64,000 bases of DNA from Patescibacteria group bacterium (GTDB lineage: Bacteria; Patescibacteriota; Microgenomatia; UBA8517), in the NCBI GenBank assembly GCA_035291665.1, contig DATDRP010000003.1, forward strand, positions 148,549 through 212,548. Direction: 5' to 3'. Positions within the stretch are counted from its first letter, which is position 1, and each line of letters begins with the position of its first letter. The position numbers and the translations under genes were made by a program. Below, in pieces: positions 29,461-39,459 of this stretch. The notes beneath the pieces were generated by a model, which was not told the origin of the DNA, ran no database searches, and saw only the letters and a program-made list of their open reading frames with translations.

Positions 29461-29490
29461 TTTTCTTAATATCTTAGTATCTTTATATCT
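29461..29490. repeat. 8-bp tandem array downstream of nrdJ paralog 2
   Basis: CTTAATATCTTAGTATCTTTATATC. Confidence 0.7.
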
Positions 29491-29493
29491 CTG

Positions 29494-32079
29494 CTAACAT
29501 TCTGAGTGTCCGCATGCATAACACTTGGAACACCCCTCCTGATATACCAAGGCAGATGAACCGCATGTCGGACAAATATCTCCGGGAACTTTAACTTCAT
29601 CAAGACTCAACTGATCTGCAACAATCTCCTGACCGCCGATATGGTTTTCGGACATGTTAAATTCATGATTGTGACTTTCTCCGTTAAGAATGGCGTTTTT
29701 ACTTTCACCGTTCTTGTATTCTCCATTTTTCGCTTCAGGCATATCGACTTTCGTCTTATCATAATGAGATAAATATCCGTTTATCTTGAAACCCATATGA
29801 ACCGATAATGCCATAGCCACCGCGTCCGGAAGCGATAAAATCTTTCTCGGGCCATAACCAACAGATCTTCTTCCGCCTATTCCCGAAAGCTGTTCTGCAA
29901 TCTCTTTAGCTCTCAATTTCGGTGAAAGGTTCCCTTTAAACCGCAGCGCTATAGAGATAGTTCTGCCAAGAGCTTCTGCCATTGCGGTGACATCACTTCC
30001 TGCTTTACCGACGTTTACAAAAAGTTCCAGCGGTTCTCCCCTTTCGTCCTGGTTCAGAGTGATAAACGCGTTCCCAACAGGAGTATTAACTTTATAGGTC
30101 GAACCGGAAACAATGAATGGTCTTTCCAAAGCCGGTTCATATGATGCATCCTTAACTTTTTCTTTCTCCTCTTTTATCCCCAAGTTAAGAACTTGCGCAT
30201 CTTTACAACCGTCACGAAAAACAGTCACTCCCTTACAATTGGTTTTCCATGCCAAAAGATATGCGGACTTGATATCATCAACCGTAACATTGTTGTTCAT
30301 GTTTATAGTTTTTGAAACGGCATTCTCCGTATATTTTTGAAAGGCTGCCTGGTGTTTAATATGCCAGTCGTGGTGAATTTCATGGGCGGTTCCGAAGACT
30401 TTCCTGGTTTCTTCATCAATCTCTTCGATTTTACCGATGACACCCTCTTCGGAAATTCTTGCTCTGATTTTTTCCGTCCAAAACCCTTTTTCATCCAGTC
30501 TTTTTTCAAGCGCCGGATTAACAAAAGTCAGAGTCCTGTCAAGACTTTTATCTTTGACAATATGCTGATACGCAAGAGCAAATAGAGGTTCAATACCCGA
30601 ACTGGATCCGGCAATTATGGAAATTGAACCCGTCGGAGCAATTGTTGTTACGGTAGAATTTCTGCGGGGTTTTTTATTTTTGTAAATACTCTGACTCCAC
30701 AACGGAAAAGGTCCCCTTTTTGCTGCCAACTTTTCCGATTCATCAAGAGATTCTTCGTATATTACTTTCATAATCTCTTCACCTAATAGAATCGCTTCTT
30801 CACTGTCGTATGCTATTTCAAGATCTGTCAGCATATCTGCCCAGCCACCGACACCCAGTCCAACTCTTCGTATCGCAAGCGAGGTCTGTCTGATTTGCGG
30901 CAGCGGATACGGATTCATTTCAATGACATTATCCAAAAATCGTGTCGACAATCTTGCCACGCTTCTTAGTTTTTCCCAATCAACTTGCTTACCGCCTGCC
31001 TGCCGGTCAGGCTGGGCAGGTAAGTCTCCGTCATCCTTTACCTCTTTCACAAAATAATTCAAAAAGATGCTCCCCAAATTGCAGGAATCATAAGGGTAGA
31101 GCGGCTGTTCCCCGCATGGATTTGTTGATTCAATCGGTCCGAGCATCGGAACCGGATTAGCCAATGAATTATTAATTCTGTCAATAAAAATCATTCCCGG
31201 ATCTCCCGTCTTCCAGGCACCTTTTGCAATTTCATCAAATACTTCCCTCGCATCAAGTGTGCCCACCTTCTCCCCGTGGCGCGGTTCATAAAGGTTATAT
31301 TTTGACCCTTCATCATATGCTTTCATAAACTCATCCGTAACGGCTACAGAGATGTTGAAATTTGTAATCCCGCCCTCTTCCTTGCAATGAATAAATTCCA
31401 TAATATCGGGGTGATCAACTCTTAATATTCCCATATTAGCTCCGCGCCTTCTGCCGCCTTGTTTTATTTCATTTGTTGCCGCGTCAAAGATGCTCATGAA
31501 GGAAACAGGGCCGGATGCGGTTCCGTGACTTGATTTTACTGTGGCGCCTCTTGGCCGCAGTCTGGAAAAAGAAAACCCCGTTCCTCCACCCGTCTGATGA
31601 ATTAGAGCCTGATATTTGATGGCATCAAAAATTTCAACAAGAGAGTCTCCCACAGGAAGAACAAAACACGCAGAGTATTGAAGACCGTTTCCGGTTCCGG
31701 CATTCATCAATGTCGGAGAATTGGGTAAAAACTCATGAGTCAGTAAAAGATGGTAAAATTCTCTCGCGATTTTGACAACATCATTTCTTGACCCTCCCCA
31801 TTTTGCCTCAGCGGACGCAATATCCCAGGCAACACGCCAACACATTTCTTCGGGGGTTTCAATAACATTTAAGTTTTCGTCTTTTATCAAATAGCGTTCA
31901 GCCAAAACCTTTAACGACTGTTCTGTCCAATTGCCCGATGTTAGATCTGCCGGCATCTTCGGCCTTTTACCGACTTTTCGTTCTATAAGACTAAGAAGCT
32001 CCTTATGTAATCCAAACTCAAAATCTTCCAAACGAAGATTATCAACTTTTTTAGGTGTTCTTGTTTTACTTCTTACCAT
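29494..32079 (-). CDS. nrdJ: Class II (B12-dependent) ribonucleotide reductase NrdJ, paralog 2 (861 aa)
   Basis: NPCGEQPLYPYDSCNLGSIFL and SACFVLP. C-terminal CPTCG...CSKCYACG zinc ribbon. Extra inserts relative to paralog 1. Confidence 0.85.
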   Translation of the reverse strand: MVRSKTRTPKKVDNLRLEDFEFGLHKELLSLIERKVGKRPKMPADLTSGNWTEQSLKVLAERYLIKDENLNVIETPEEMCWRVAWDIASAEAKWGGSRNDVVKIAREFYHLLLTHEFLPNSPTLMNAGTGNGLQYSACFVLPVGDSLVEIFDAIKYQALIHQTGGGTGFSFSRLRPRGATVKSSHGTASGPVSFMSIFDAATNEIKQGGRRRGANMGILRVDHPDIMEFIHCKEEGGITNFNISVAVTDEFMKAYDEGSKYNLYEPRHGEKVGTLDAREVFDEIAKGAWKTGDPGMIFIDRINNSLANPVPMLGPIESTNPCGEQPLYPYDSCNLGSIFLNYFVKEVKDDGDLPAQPDRQAGGKQVDWEKLRSVARLSTRFLDNVIEMNPYPLPQIRQTSLAIRRVGLGVGGWADMLTDLEIAYDSEEAILLGEEIMKVIYEESLDESEKLAAKRGPFPLWSQSIYKNKKPRRNSTVTTIAPTGSISIIAGSSSGIEPLFALAYQHIVKDKSLDRTLTFVNPALEKRLDEKGFWTEKIRARISEEGVIGKIEEIDEETRKVFGTAHEIHHDWHIKHQAAFQKYTENAVSKTINMNNNVTVDDIKSAYLLAWKTNCKGVTVFRDGCKDAQVLNLGIKEEKEKVKDASYEPALERPFIVSGSTYKVNTPVGNAFITLNQDERGEPLELFVNVGKAGSDVTAMAEALGRTISIALRFKGNLSPKLRAKEIAEQLSGIGGRRSVGYGPRKILSLPDAVAMALSVHMGFKINGYLSHYDKTKVDMPEAKNGEYKNGESKNAILNGESHNHEFNMSENHIGGQEIVADQLSLDEVKVPGDICPTCGSSALVYQEGCSKCYACGHSEC

Positions 32080-32081
32080 GT

Positions 32082-32522
32082 TTAATCTTTCATTGCTTTT
32101 GCAAAATCCTCCAGATCTTCAAACTGCATATAGACGCTCGCAAATCTAAGCCAAGCAACTTTATCTATTTTTCGTAATCTTTTTAAAACTGCATTCCCGA
32201 TTGCCTTACTTGAAACTTCCTCGTTTTGTTTTTTAAGCATTTCGCGCTCGACTTTATCGACAAGATCGTTTATAAGATCCATTGATACCGGACGTTTCTC
32301 CACCGCCCTCAGGATTCCTTTTTTAACCTTTTCCCTGTCAAAAGCTTCACGCCGGCCATCCTTTTTAATTACCCAAAGTGCATTTCCGCCGACCCTCTCA
32401 TAAGTAGTGAAGCGCTTGGAACATTTCAAACATTCCCGTCTTCTTCGTATAGATTTACCCTCATCAACACTCCTGCTTTCCAAAACTTGAGAATTGATGC
32501 TTGCACAAAAAGGACACCGCAT
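32082..32522 (-). CDS. nrdR: Transcriptional repressor NrdR
   Basis: MRCPFCASINSQVLESR...CLKCSKRFTTYERV zinc ribbon followed by an ATP-cone. Confidence 0.85.
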   Translation of the reverse strand: MRCPFCASINSQVLESRSVDEGKSIRRRRECLKCSKRFTTYERVGGNALWVIKKDGRREAFDREKVKKGILRAVEKRPVSMDLINDLVDKVEREMLKKQNEEVSSKAIGNAVLKRLRKIDKVAWLRFASVYMQFEDLEDFAKAMKD

Positions 32523-32891
32523 AAAAATAATCCGAATAAAGTTAAAAATACCAATCTACTTGATCATACGAATATTTAGTGCTCAGGTTTTACGTATTTG
32601 GATCTATTCGTATTCATTGGAATTATTCGTATTATTGAGCATCATTTGGTTTTCATGAATGAAAATAAAAAATACTACCTATAGCGTCGAGTGAATGATG
32701 AAACACTACCCCTGTATATGTCAACTGACAAAAAGTAGATCATAAACCATCATATTTTTATATTTCGAAGCTAATATTGCTCCTGGGGAAAAACAATTGA
32801 CGTAATATATGAATTATAAATATAGGTCTATGTCAGAAGTGTCAATAAGACAATGAACAACTGGGTAAATGTTAGTAGGTAATATATTCAG

Positions 32892-33515
32892 TTATTGCCA
32901 GTTATACGGATTTTCCGGAGCTGTTAAACCCTGCTCCAACAATGAATTCATAGAGCGTTGATAGCAAGTCTTTGGGATATCCTGAATACTTCTAATGCCT
33001 GGCTTCGCATCGTCAGGAGCGATTTCCAAGATTTCGTCCATCACCTGATAATGTTTTAGTGCCGCTTTCGAAAGACGGGTACTGAATTCTTTCGTATCGA
33101 CTCCCGACTTTCTGACACCTTCTTCGGCTAAATATGCTTCTTCGAGATATTTTTCCGCTTTAGTCAGAGTGGAATATGCAATTTCGTTTTTTCCGTTTGA
33201 AAACAGGATTTTCGCTCCACCGATTCTTTTATCTGCAAACAAGAGCTTAAGCTCTGCTTTTTTCAAATCACCCGTTGTTGCAAACAACCACAACCTATCC
33301 CGGACTACTTTCAACGGCCAAAAAACACTGTCGGGTAAAACCTTTCCGGGATACGCCAACTCATAATCAATTGTAAAATTATTATCCCCCATAACAGACG
33401 GGTTATTTTGCGCAGTAAATTCATACCTGACAGCAGCAGTTCTGAAAATGGAAGTTAGTAAAATTGCAAACGCAAAAACAAGAGTCGCAACTATTACAAA
33501 AGCTTTCTGAATCAT
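32892..33515 (-). CDS. Hypothetical membrane-anchored protein
   Basis: N-terminal TM. No motif recognised. Confidence 0.4.
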   Translation of the reverse strand: MIQKAFVIVATLVFAFAILLTSIFRTAAVRYEFTAQNNPSVMGDNNFTIDYELAYPGKVLPDSVFWPLKVVRDRLWLFATTGDLKKAELKLLFADKRIGGAKILFSNGKNEIAYSTLTKAEKYLEEAYLAEEGVRKSGVDTKEFSTRLSKAALKHYQVMDEILEIAPDDAKPGIRSIQDIPKTCYQRSMNSLLEQGLTAPENPYNWQ

Positions 33516-33567
33516 AAATACTATACTATTCTACTTCAGCCTTATTCTCCGGTCAAACAATAGTCTT

Positions 33568-34227
33568 TCATCTGAACAAAATCACCGGCCATTCCCACAA
33601 TACATGAAGTAAGACCGATGAAGAAATATTTTTTGTTCTTGCATAAACAAATGCCGACCCGATTCCGTAAATCAAAGTTAAGACCGCCATCACTGCAATT
33701 GCGTAACTCTCAAGGTTCCATACAAAAATCATTATCGGTAAATGTAAAAGCATCCACATTACACTGGAAGTCAGGTTTGCCACTAATTCATTCTTAATTG
33801 CGATTTTCAGTCTTCCGAAAATGTATCCCCGGAAAACAACTTCTTCAACAAAAGCGGTTGCAAAAGAAATTAATATTGATACCAAAATGGGATCTTCACC
33901 GATATTCGCCGTCAAATGCAAAGATTTGTGTTTTAAAATATTGACAACCAGTCCTGTGGCTGCAAATCCGATACCCAAACTGATAGTCAGATACATTGAT
34001 GAAAAAAGATTCTTACCCGTCAAACCGAAATCTTTAACTTTAAGTTTCTCACGCTGCGATATGATAACTAATGGCAGAAGCCAAATTATTGGTTTAATCA
34101 GAAACTCTTCGAATTCATCCCCAAATTGAAAAAATTTCCGATAAAAACTCCACACCAAGACCAAATAAAAAAAATATACGACAGCTGTCTTTGTGGATCC
34201 GGTTTTACCCCCCGAAGTTGTTGTCAT
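33568..34227 (-). CDS. CPBP family intramembrane metalloprotease (CAAX protease/Abi)
   Basis: EEVVFRGYIFGRL and HLPIMIFVWN conserved motifs. Polytopic. Confidence 0.7.
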   Translation of the reverse strand: MTTTSGGKTGSTKTAVVYFFYLVLVWSFYRKFFQFGDEFEEFLIKPIIWLLPLVIISQREKLKVKDFGLTGKNLFSSMYLTISLGIGFAATGLVVNILKHKSLHLTANIGEDPILVSILISFATAFVEEVVFRGYIFGRLKIAIKNELVANLTSSVMWMLLHLPIMIFVWNLESYAIAVMAVLTLIYGIGSAFVYARTKNISSSVLLHVLWEWPVILFR

Positions 34228-34311
34228 TAATTAAATATACAATACCAAGACATACTTTTTGAATCGCAAAATAATTATTTGCCGTAATTGTAAACTTGAC
34301 TGAAAGTGTAA

Positions 34312-34926
34312 CTATTGAAGATTGCATTCCGTCATCATCTGGTCCATTGCAAATATTACTTTATCGACGCACCCCCTCGCTTCCTCGAGCGAAATTGCAT
34401 TTCTTTCGTTCGGAAACCAATGGAACAAAAGGTTTCTGCAGTCTTTCCAGGTGCTCCAAAGTGTTTTCGCCAAAGCTTCACCGCTGCAGTATTTTACAAC
34501 TTTATCATAGACCCCCTCGCTTATCCGAAGACGCTTTTCAAGCGATGGGTTCAAAGCTTTCCCAATCCTGAAGTGTTTCCCGAAATAATCCTCTTCGGTA
34601 ATAAAACCTAAGTCCAAGAAAACTTTTTTCAAAAATCCTTCATACGCTTTGGCAGCAGGAAAAACTATAAAAGAGTAATCGTGAAACTTATGCCTATTGA
34701 AGGAGTCGTACTTAATTCTCGAAGTGATATCTTTCTCCCATTTTTCGGCAGTTTTTGTTAAAAGAATTGACTGCAGAATCAATTCTCTTATATCCTCGTG
34801 CACATAGTTCCACCATTTCTTTTCGTTTATCAACCCTTTTGAATCGTTCATAATTTTCAATTGAAAATACAATATCTGTGAATCCAAACCCAATGCCCAC
34901 CAGTTTTGGACATGCTTCTCCAACAT
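34312..34926 (-). CDS. Hypothetical protein with C-terminal HEPN-like Rx4H motif
   Basis: CRNLLFHW fits Rx4H near the C-terminus. Otherwise unrecognised. Confidence 0.35.
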   Translation of the reverse strand: MLEKHVQNWWALGLDSQILYFQLKIMNDSKGLINEKKWWNYVHEDIRELILQSILLTKTAEKWEKDITSRIKYDSFNRHKFHDYSFIVFPAAKAYEGFLKKVFLDLGFITEEDYFGKHFRIGKALNPSLEKRLRISEGVYDKVVKYCSGEALAKTLWSTWKDCRNLLFHWFPNERNAISLEEARGCVDKVIFAMDQMMTECNLQ

Positions 34927-35126
34927 AGTAACAAACTTAATAATCTCTTACCAGGTGAATTCGTAAATCAATTTAAATTTTACTCAGTATTGATACTGAG
35001 CTTGTGGAATGTATCAATTCATCCCAGCCCAGGGCGGGGTTTTCTTGAAACCGAAATAAATATATAATTGAGTGCACAAAAATTTGATTACTTACAGGCT
35101 TCCTAAAAAACCAGAGGGAGCCTTGT

Positions 35127-37550
35127 TTGTATATACCAAAGACTACTTTTATCGGCGACTTTGGTTTTTTGATCACTTACAATATGGCGAAAAGAAAAAA
35201 AGTAAATATTACTTCCCGGAGAGTTAAGGCTAAGATGCCCGAAAAACGTAACCGCTTGGTGGGTAGTCATAAAAAAATACTTAAAAAAATTAAGAAGATA
35301 CCCTTGCGAGCGAGGCTGTTAATTTCAACACTCGTTGTTGGAGCTATCGGAGCGTTTGGGGTATTTATTTGGCTTATCTGGGGAATACCGAATCCCAAAA
35401 ACCTTCTGGAATCAAGAGTACCCGTTTCGACAAAACTTTATGACCGTAACGGTAAACTTATTTATGAAATCTATACAGATAAAAAAAGCACTCCTGTTGA
35501 CATCAAAGAACTGCCGCAATATGTCCTTGATGCAACAATCGCAATCGAAGATAAAGATTTCTACAAACACCACGGATTTTCTCTGTCAGGAATAACAAGA
35601 GCCTTATATAAAACTATTTTCAAACAAAAACTTGAAGGTGGTTCTACTCTTACGCAGCAACTGGTTAAAAATACACTCCTGACACCCGAACGAACAATTA
35701 AAAGAAAAGCTAAGGAACTTGTTCTGACAATATATGTCGAATTCGCTTATTCAAAAGAGGACATCTTGTCCTTATATCTTAACCAAATCCCGTATGGTTC
35801 AACTGCTTATGGGATCGGTGCAGCAAGCGAGCTCTACTTCGGGAAAAATGCAAAGGATTTATCACTTGCCGAAGCGGCACTCCTATCCGGTCTTCCGGCG
35901 GCGCCTACAAAATATTCACCATTCGGAGCCTATCCAGAACTTGCCAAAAAACGACAGGAAACAGTTCTTCGACGGATGGTTGAAGACGGTAAAATAAACC
36001 AAGAAGAGTCTGATAAAGCAAAAGATGAAGATTTAAAATATGCAACTACTGAGAGATTTACTGCGCCGCACTTTGCGCTTTGGGTAAAAGATATACTGGC
36101 GGAAAAGTATGGTGACCAGGTTGTGGAACAGGGTGGCTTGAGGGTTAAAACCACACTCGATCTTGATCTGCAAAAAATTGCCGAAAGTACGGTTGCTGAG
36201 GAAGTAAGTGATCTTTCAAAACAAAATGTCGGCAACGGCGCTGCCCTGGTTACAAAACCAAAAACCGGAGAGATTCTTGCCATGGTTGGCTCGAAAGATT
36301 ATTTTGCCCGCGATGAAGACGGAAAAGTTAATATAATTTTCGCACACCGTCAGCCCGGTTCGTCTATCAAGCCTTTAAATTACGCGCTTGCCCTTAAAGA
36401 TAAAAAAATCACCCTTTCTACTCCCCTGGCTGACGTCCCGACGTGTTTTGGGGTTTTTAGGCAACCTTCATACTGCCCTGTTAACTATGACGGTGGTTTC
36501 CATGGAGCCATTCAACCAAGATTCGCACTTGGAAATTCATATAACATTCCTGCTGTGCGGGTGCTGGCGCTTAATGGACTTGAAAACTTTATAGAATTTG
36601 CGACAAATATGGGAATAACCACTTTTTCCGATCCAAAAAATTACGGACTCTCTCTGACTCTTGGGGGCGGCGAAGTGCGACCGATCGATATGGCCGTTGC
36701 CTTCGGAGTGTTTGCAAACGAAGGAGTCAAAATCCCCCTTAATCCAATCCTTAAAGTCGAAAAGTGGACAGGCGAAGTCCTGGAAGAAGTAAATCCGAAA
36801 GACGCTGAAGGTGACAGAATAATTGATCCTGAGGTTTCATTTTTAATATCACATGTGCTCCACGACAATAACGCGAGGTCGGCAGCGTTCGGATCAAGCT
36901 CATACCTGAATGTAAAAGGCCATCCTGAAGTCTCAGTTAAAACTGGTACCACAAATGAACGCCGGGATAACTGGACTATCGGATATACACCGCAAATACT
37001 GGCACTTTCATGGGTTGGAAACAACGACAATACCGAAATGAGCGGTGCAGTCTCAGGAGTATCCGGAGCGTCTCCGATTTGGAATGCGATTGTTAAAGAA
37101 GCTTTAGATAAAGCAGAGAAAGGATTATACGATATGAAAGATGGCCAACCTGATGAAACAGTTGCAAAGGCCGGACACTCCTGGCCAAGGCAACCTGAAG
37201 GTATTGTCGGATCGAATGTTTGTGCAACGTCGGGAAATTTACCCGGCGGCCAGGATGCCCCTGACTGTCCAACAAGATTTGAGTATTTCCTTAAAGATGC
37301 AGTGGGGGCTGGAATCGAGACCGGCAGAAAAGATGTATCAATTGACAAAACCAACGGCAGTCTTGCGGTAAACCCGGATCTTCCACCTGATGTTATTGAA
37401 AACCAAAACCACCCCTTCCTGCTGGACCCATTGGGAACACTGGTGTGCTTGGATTGTCCTCTTCCCCAAAGCCCCGTTATTATTTCGTATCCTTTGACTT
37501 CAATTACACACCCAAGTCGACCGAACGTCGAAAACAATCAAAATAATTGA
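35127..37550 (+). CDS. Class A penicillin-binding protein (PBP1A: transglycosylase + transpeptidase), paralog 1
   Basis: GT51 motifs EDKDFYKHHGF and GGSTLTQQLVKN. Transpeptidase SxxK, SxN and KTG. The true start is probably ATG at 35184 (MAKRKK). Confidence 0.85.
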   Translation: MYIPKTTFIGDFGFLITYNMAKRKKVNITSRRVKAKMPEKRNRLVGSHKKILKKIKKIPLRARLLISTLVVGAIGAFGVFIWLIWGIPNPKNLLESRVPVSTKLYDRNGKLIYEIYTDKKSTPVDIKELPQYVLDATIAIEDKDFYKHHGFSLSGITRALYKTIFKQKLEGGSTLTQQLVKNTLLTPERTIKRKAKELVLTIYVEFAYSKEDILSLYLNQIPYGSTAYGIGAASELYFGKNAKDLSLAEAALLSGLPAAPTKYSPFGAYPELAKKRQETVLRRMVEDGKINQEESDKAKDEDLKYATTERFTAPHFALWVKDILAEKYGDQVVEQGGLRVKTTLDLDLQKIAESTVAEEVSDLSKQNVGNGAALVTKPKTGEILAMVGSKDYFARDEDGKVNIIFAHRQPGSSIKPLNYALALKDKKITLSTPLADVPTCFGVFRQPSYCPVNYDGGFHGAIQPRFALGNSYNIPAVRVLALNGLENFIEFATNMGITTFSDPKNYGLSLTLGGGEVRPIDMAVAFGVFANEGVKIPLNPILKVEKWTGEVLEEVNPKDAEGDRIIDPEVSFLISHVLHDNNARSAAFGSSSYLNVKGHPEVSVKTGTTNERRDNWTIGYTPQILALSWVGNNDNTEMSGAVSGVSGASPIWNAIVKEALDKAEKGLYDMKDGQPDETVAKAGHSWPRQPEGIVGSNVCATSGNLPGGQDAPDCPTRFEYFLKDAVGAGIETGRKDVSIDKTNGSLAVNPDLPPDVIENQNHPFLLDPLGTLVCLDCPLPQSPVIISYPLTSITHPSRPNVENNQNN

Positions 37551-37705
37551 TTCTCATGATATTATGATAGTCTTCACTGATTATATTATCTCCCCAGCGC
37601 TCATTCGAGCTTTTCAGCAGTTTGTATCTATGAATTAATTCATAGATACAAGATGTAAGAGTTATATTATTTTACTCGGAAATCGGTGGGTATATAATCT
37701 TATTA

Positions 37706-38770
37706 ATGAACGACCTACCTCCCCCTCTTTACAGAAACCGTCTGAAGCATTTCCAAAATTTATTAGCCTTGTCAGCTCTAACTCTTATTATCACCGTCTG
37801 GTCAACGGTTTCCTTTCTGGCTTACCAAAACTCTCAACTTGATAAACACCTGAAAACAAACCGGGGTATTCAATTAAGTAATAAGCCACAGATAACTCCA
37901 ACCCCGAACGAAGAACCGCCAGGTTTTGTTGGTTACAACCCTGACGGAAAGAGATTCAGTCTAATATTTCCCGATACTTGCATCACCACAGATAGAGGTC
38001 GGGACGAGGGTCATTTTGATAGATTTCTTGTAACATGTGTAACTGATAACTTTAAAATTACCATTAACCCCCAGGAAGGTGGACGCGGGCTTGGAGATTA
38101 TCAACCAGCAGAAATCAAATCCGGAAAGATCAATGTTGATAATTATATTTGGAAATATAAAATTTGGATTGATCCTGATAAAACGGCTTTTTCTTCATAC
38201 GAACTGACAGATCCAACAACAAAAGATTACTATCTAATCCGTGTCAATTATTACCCATATTCGGAAAAAGCAAAAGCATATTTTGACCAAATCCTCTCCA
38301 CATTCAAATTTCTTGAAAAAGACGTCTCTATCTCACCTGCTCCAACTAAAGCTCTTACAAAAACGCTATCCTATATACTACCGAGTGGTTGGCAAACCAT
38401 AAAGGATAAGGACAATATATTTTCTGTGGGTTATAACCCCGAGAATTATAACCCTATTGCTTACGAATCAAGAATCGATCTATCTTCCAAACAATGCTGT
38501 ACCAGTACCTTTTTACAAGTAAAGCCTTATGACGGAGGTTCCAAACAAAAGTTCATAAGTGAATTTACACAATATTCAAGAACCAACACAACATACGAAA
38601 CTGATTATTCCGTACAAGGTAAGTCTGGTTTGATCATCTATGCAATTGAATACTCCGGTACTTATACTGTAGGAATGGTTGATATAGACGGCAAGAATGC
38701 TCTTTTAATCACCAGTCAAGCCGGACAGGAAACGGTAGAACAAGTACTTCAAACACTTAAATTTGATTGA
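37706..38770 (+). CDS. Hypothetical N-terminally anchored extracytoplasmic protein (paralog of 39460-40311)
   Basis: Signal-anchor LLALSALTLIITVWSTVSFLAYQN. C-terminal ...QILSTFKF shared with its paralog. Confidence 0.45.
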   Translation: MNDLPPPLYRNRLKHFQNLLALSALTLIITVWSTVSFLAYQNSQLDKHLKTNRGIQLSNKPQITPTPNEEPPGFVGYNPDGKRFSLIFPDTCITTDRGRDEGHFDRFLVTCVTDNFKITINPQEGGRGLGDYQPAEIKSGKINVDNYIWKYKIWIDPDKTAFSSYELTDPTTKDYYLIRVNYYPYSEKAKAYFDQILSTFKFLEKDVSISPAPTKALTKTLSYILPSGWQTIKDKDNIFSVGYNPENYNPIAYESRIDLSSKQCCTSTFLQVKPYDGGSKQKFISEFTQYSRTNTTYETDYSVQGKSGLIIYAIEYSGTYTVGMVDIDGKNALLITSQAGQETVEQVLQTLKFD

Positions 38771-38849
38771 CCAAATCCTCTCCACTTTTAAGTTTACGGA
38801 GTAAACTTGGCCCCTTAAAGCTTCATGCGACGTGGGGTAAGTTTCTGGA

Positions 38850-39122
38850 TTAGTAAATCTGATTGTGGGTACCGACATCTAAAAACATTACTGTATCTTT
38901 TGAAATATTTTTGTAAATCACCCTTATATCTCCCGTAATAGAAAACGCCCTTAAGTCTGATTTAACACCTATAAGTTTATGGTCTTTAAGTATGGGATTA
39001 TTAACATCTTCAGCAAACAAATACAATCTTTCATCAAATCTCTTAGAAATTTTGGAGTATCGAATAATTCTTTTTCTGTAGTTCTTAAGAAACGTTCGAC
39101 TGTACAGGATCTTTTTTGCCAT
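38850..39122 (-). CDS. Type II toxin, RelE/YafQ family mRNA interferase
   Basis: Basic ~90-aa protein with the YafQ-like motif TFLKNYRKRIIRY...IRVIYK...FLDVGTHNQIY. Confidence 0.65.
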   Translation of the reverse strand: MAKKILYSRTFLKNYRKRIIRYSKISKRFDERLYLFAEDVNNPILKDHKLIGVKSDLRAFSITGDIRVIYKNISKDTVMFLDVGTHNQIY

Positions 39123-39396
39123 GCAAATAATCCATTAAATCATCTACATTCCTGGCACGATAAACAACTTCTTTCCCTGATTCAATATCTTTGATCATCT
39201 TATCATAACGTTTAACTGCTTTTGCAGAAAGAACTGTCGGTTCGTTAAAAGTAATATCCACTTTACCCAGTGCTAATTTATTAAGAAATACTCTTACCGT
39301 TTCCTGTAAAGACGAAAAGCCCATATTCTTAGCTGTAACAGTTGCCCGATCTCTAAGACTTTTTCTAATTGGAATTTGTAAAATTGTTGTATCCAT
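39085..39396 (-). CDS. Type II antitoxin (DinJ/RelB-like), overlapping the toxin start
   Basis: Small ORF immediately upstream of, and overlapping, the toxin. RHH-like N-terminus. Confidence 0.55.
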   Translation of the reverse strand: MDTTILQIPIRKSLRDRATVTAKNMGFSSLQETVRVFLNKLALGKVDITFNEPTVLSAKAVKRYDKMIKDIESGKEVVYRARNVDDLMDYLHGKKDPVQSNVS

Positions 39397-39459
39397 ATAC
39401 TATAATTATAATGTTTTAATAATGTATGTCAATCTATAATTTCGTAATATAATTATTTA

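Noticed and set aside
22681-29490. CRISPR array.
   Set aside because: The repeats are 8 bp, directly abutting with no spacers.
36641-37537. 298-aa ORF on the minus strand inside PBP1A-1, plus other antisense or inner ORFs (e.g. 3012..3296, 3235..3486, 10013..10267, 24286..24985, 28179..28574, 35930..36283, 57667..58155).
   Set aside because: They are embedded opposite well-supported genes with low-complexity translations. Spurious.
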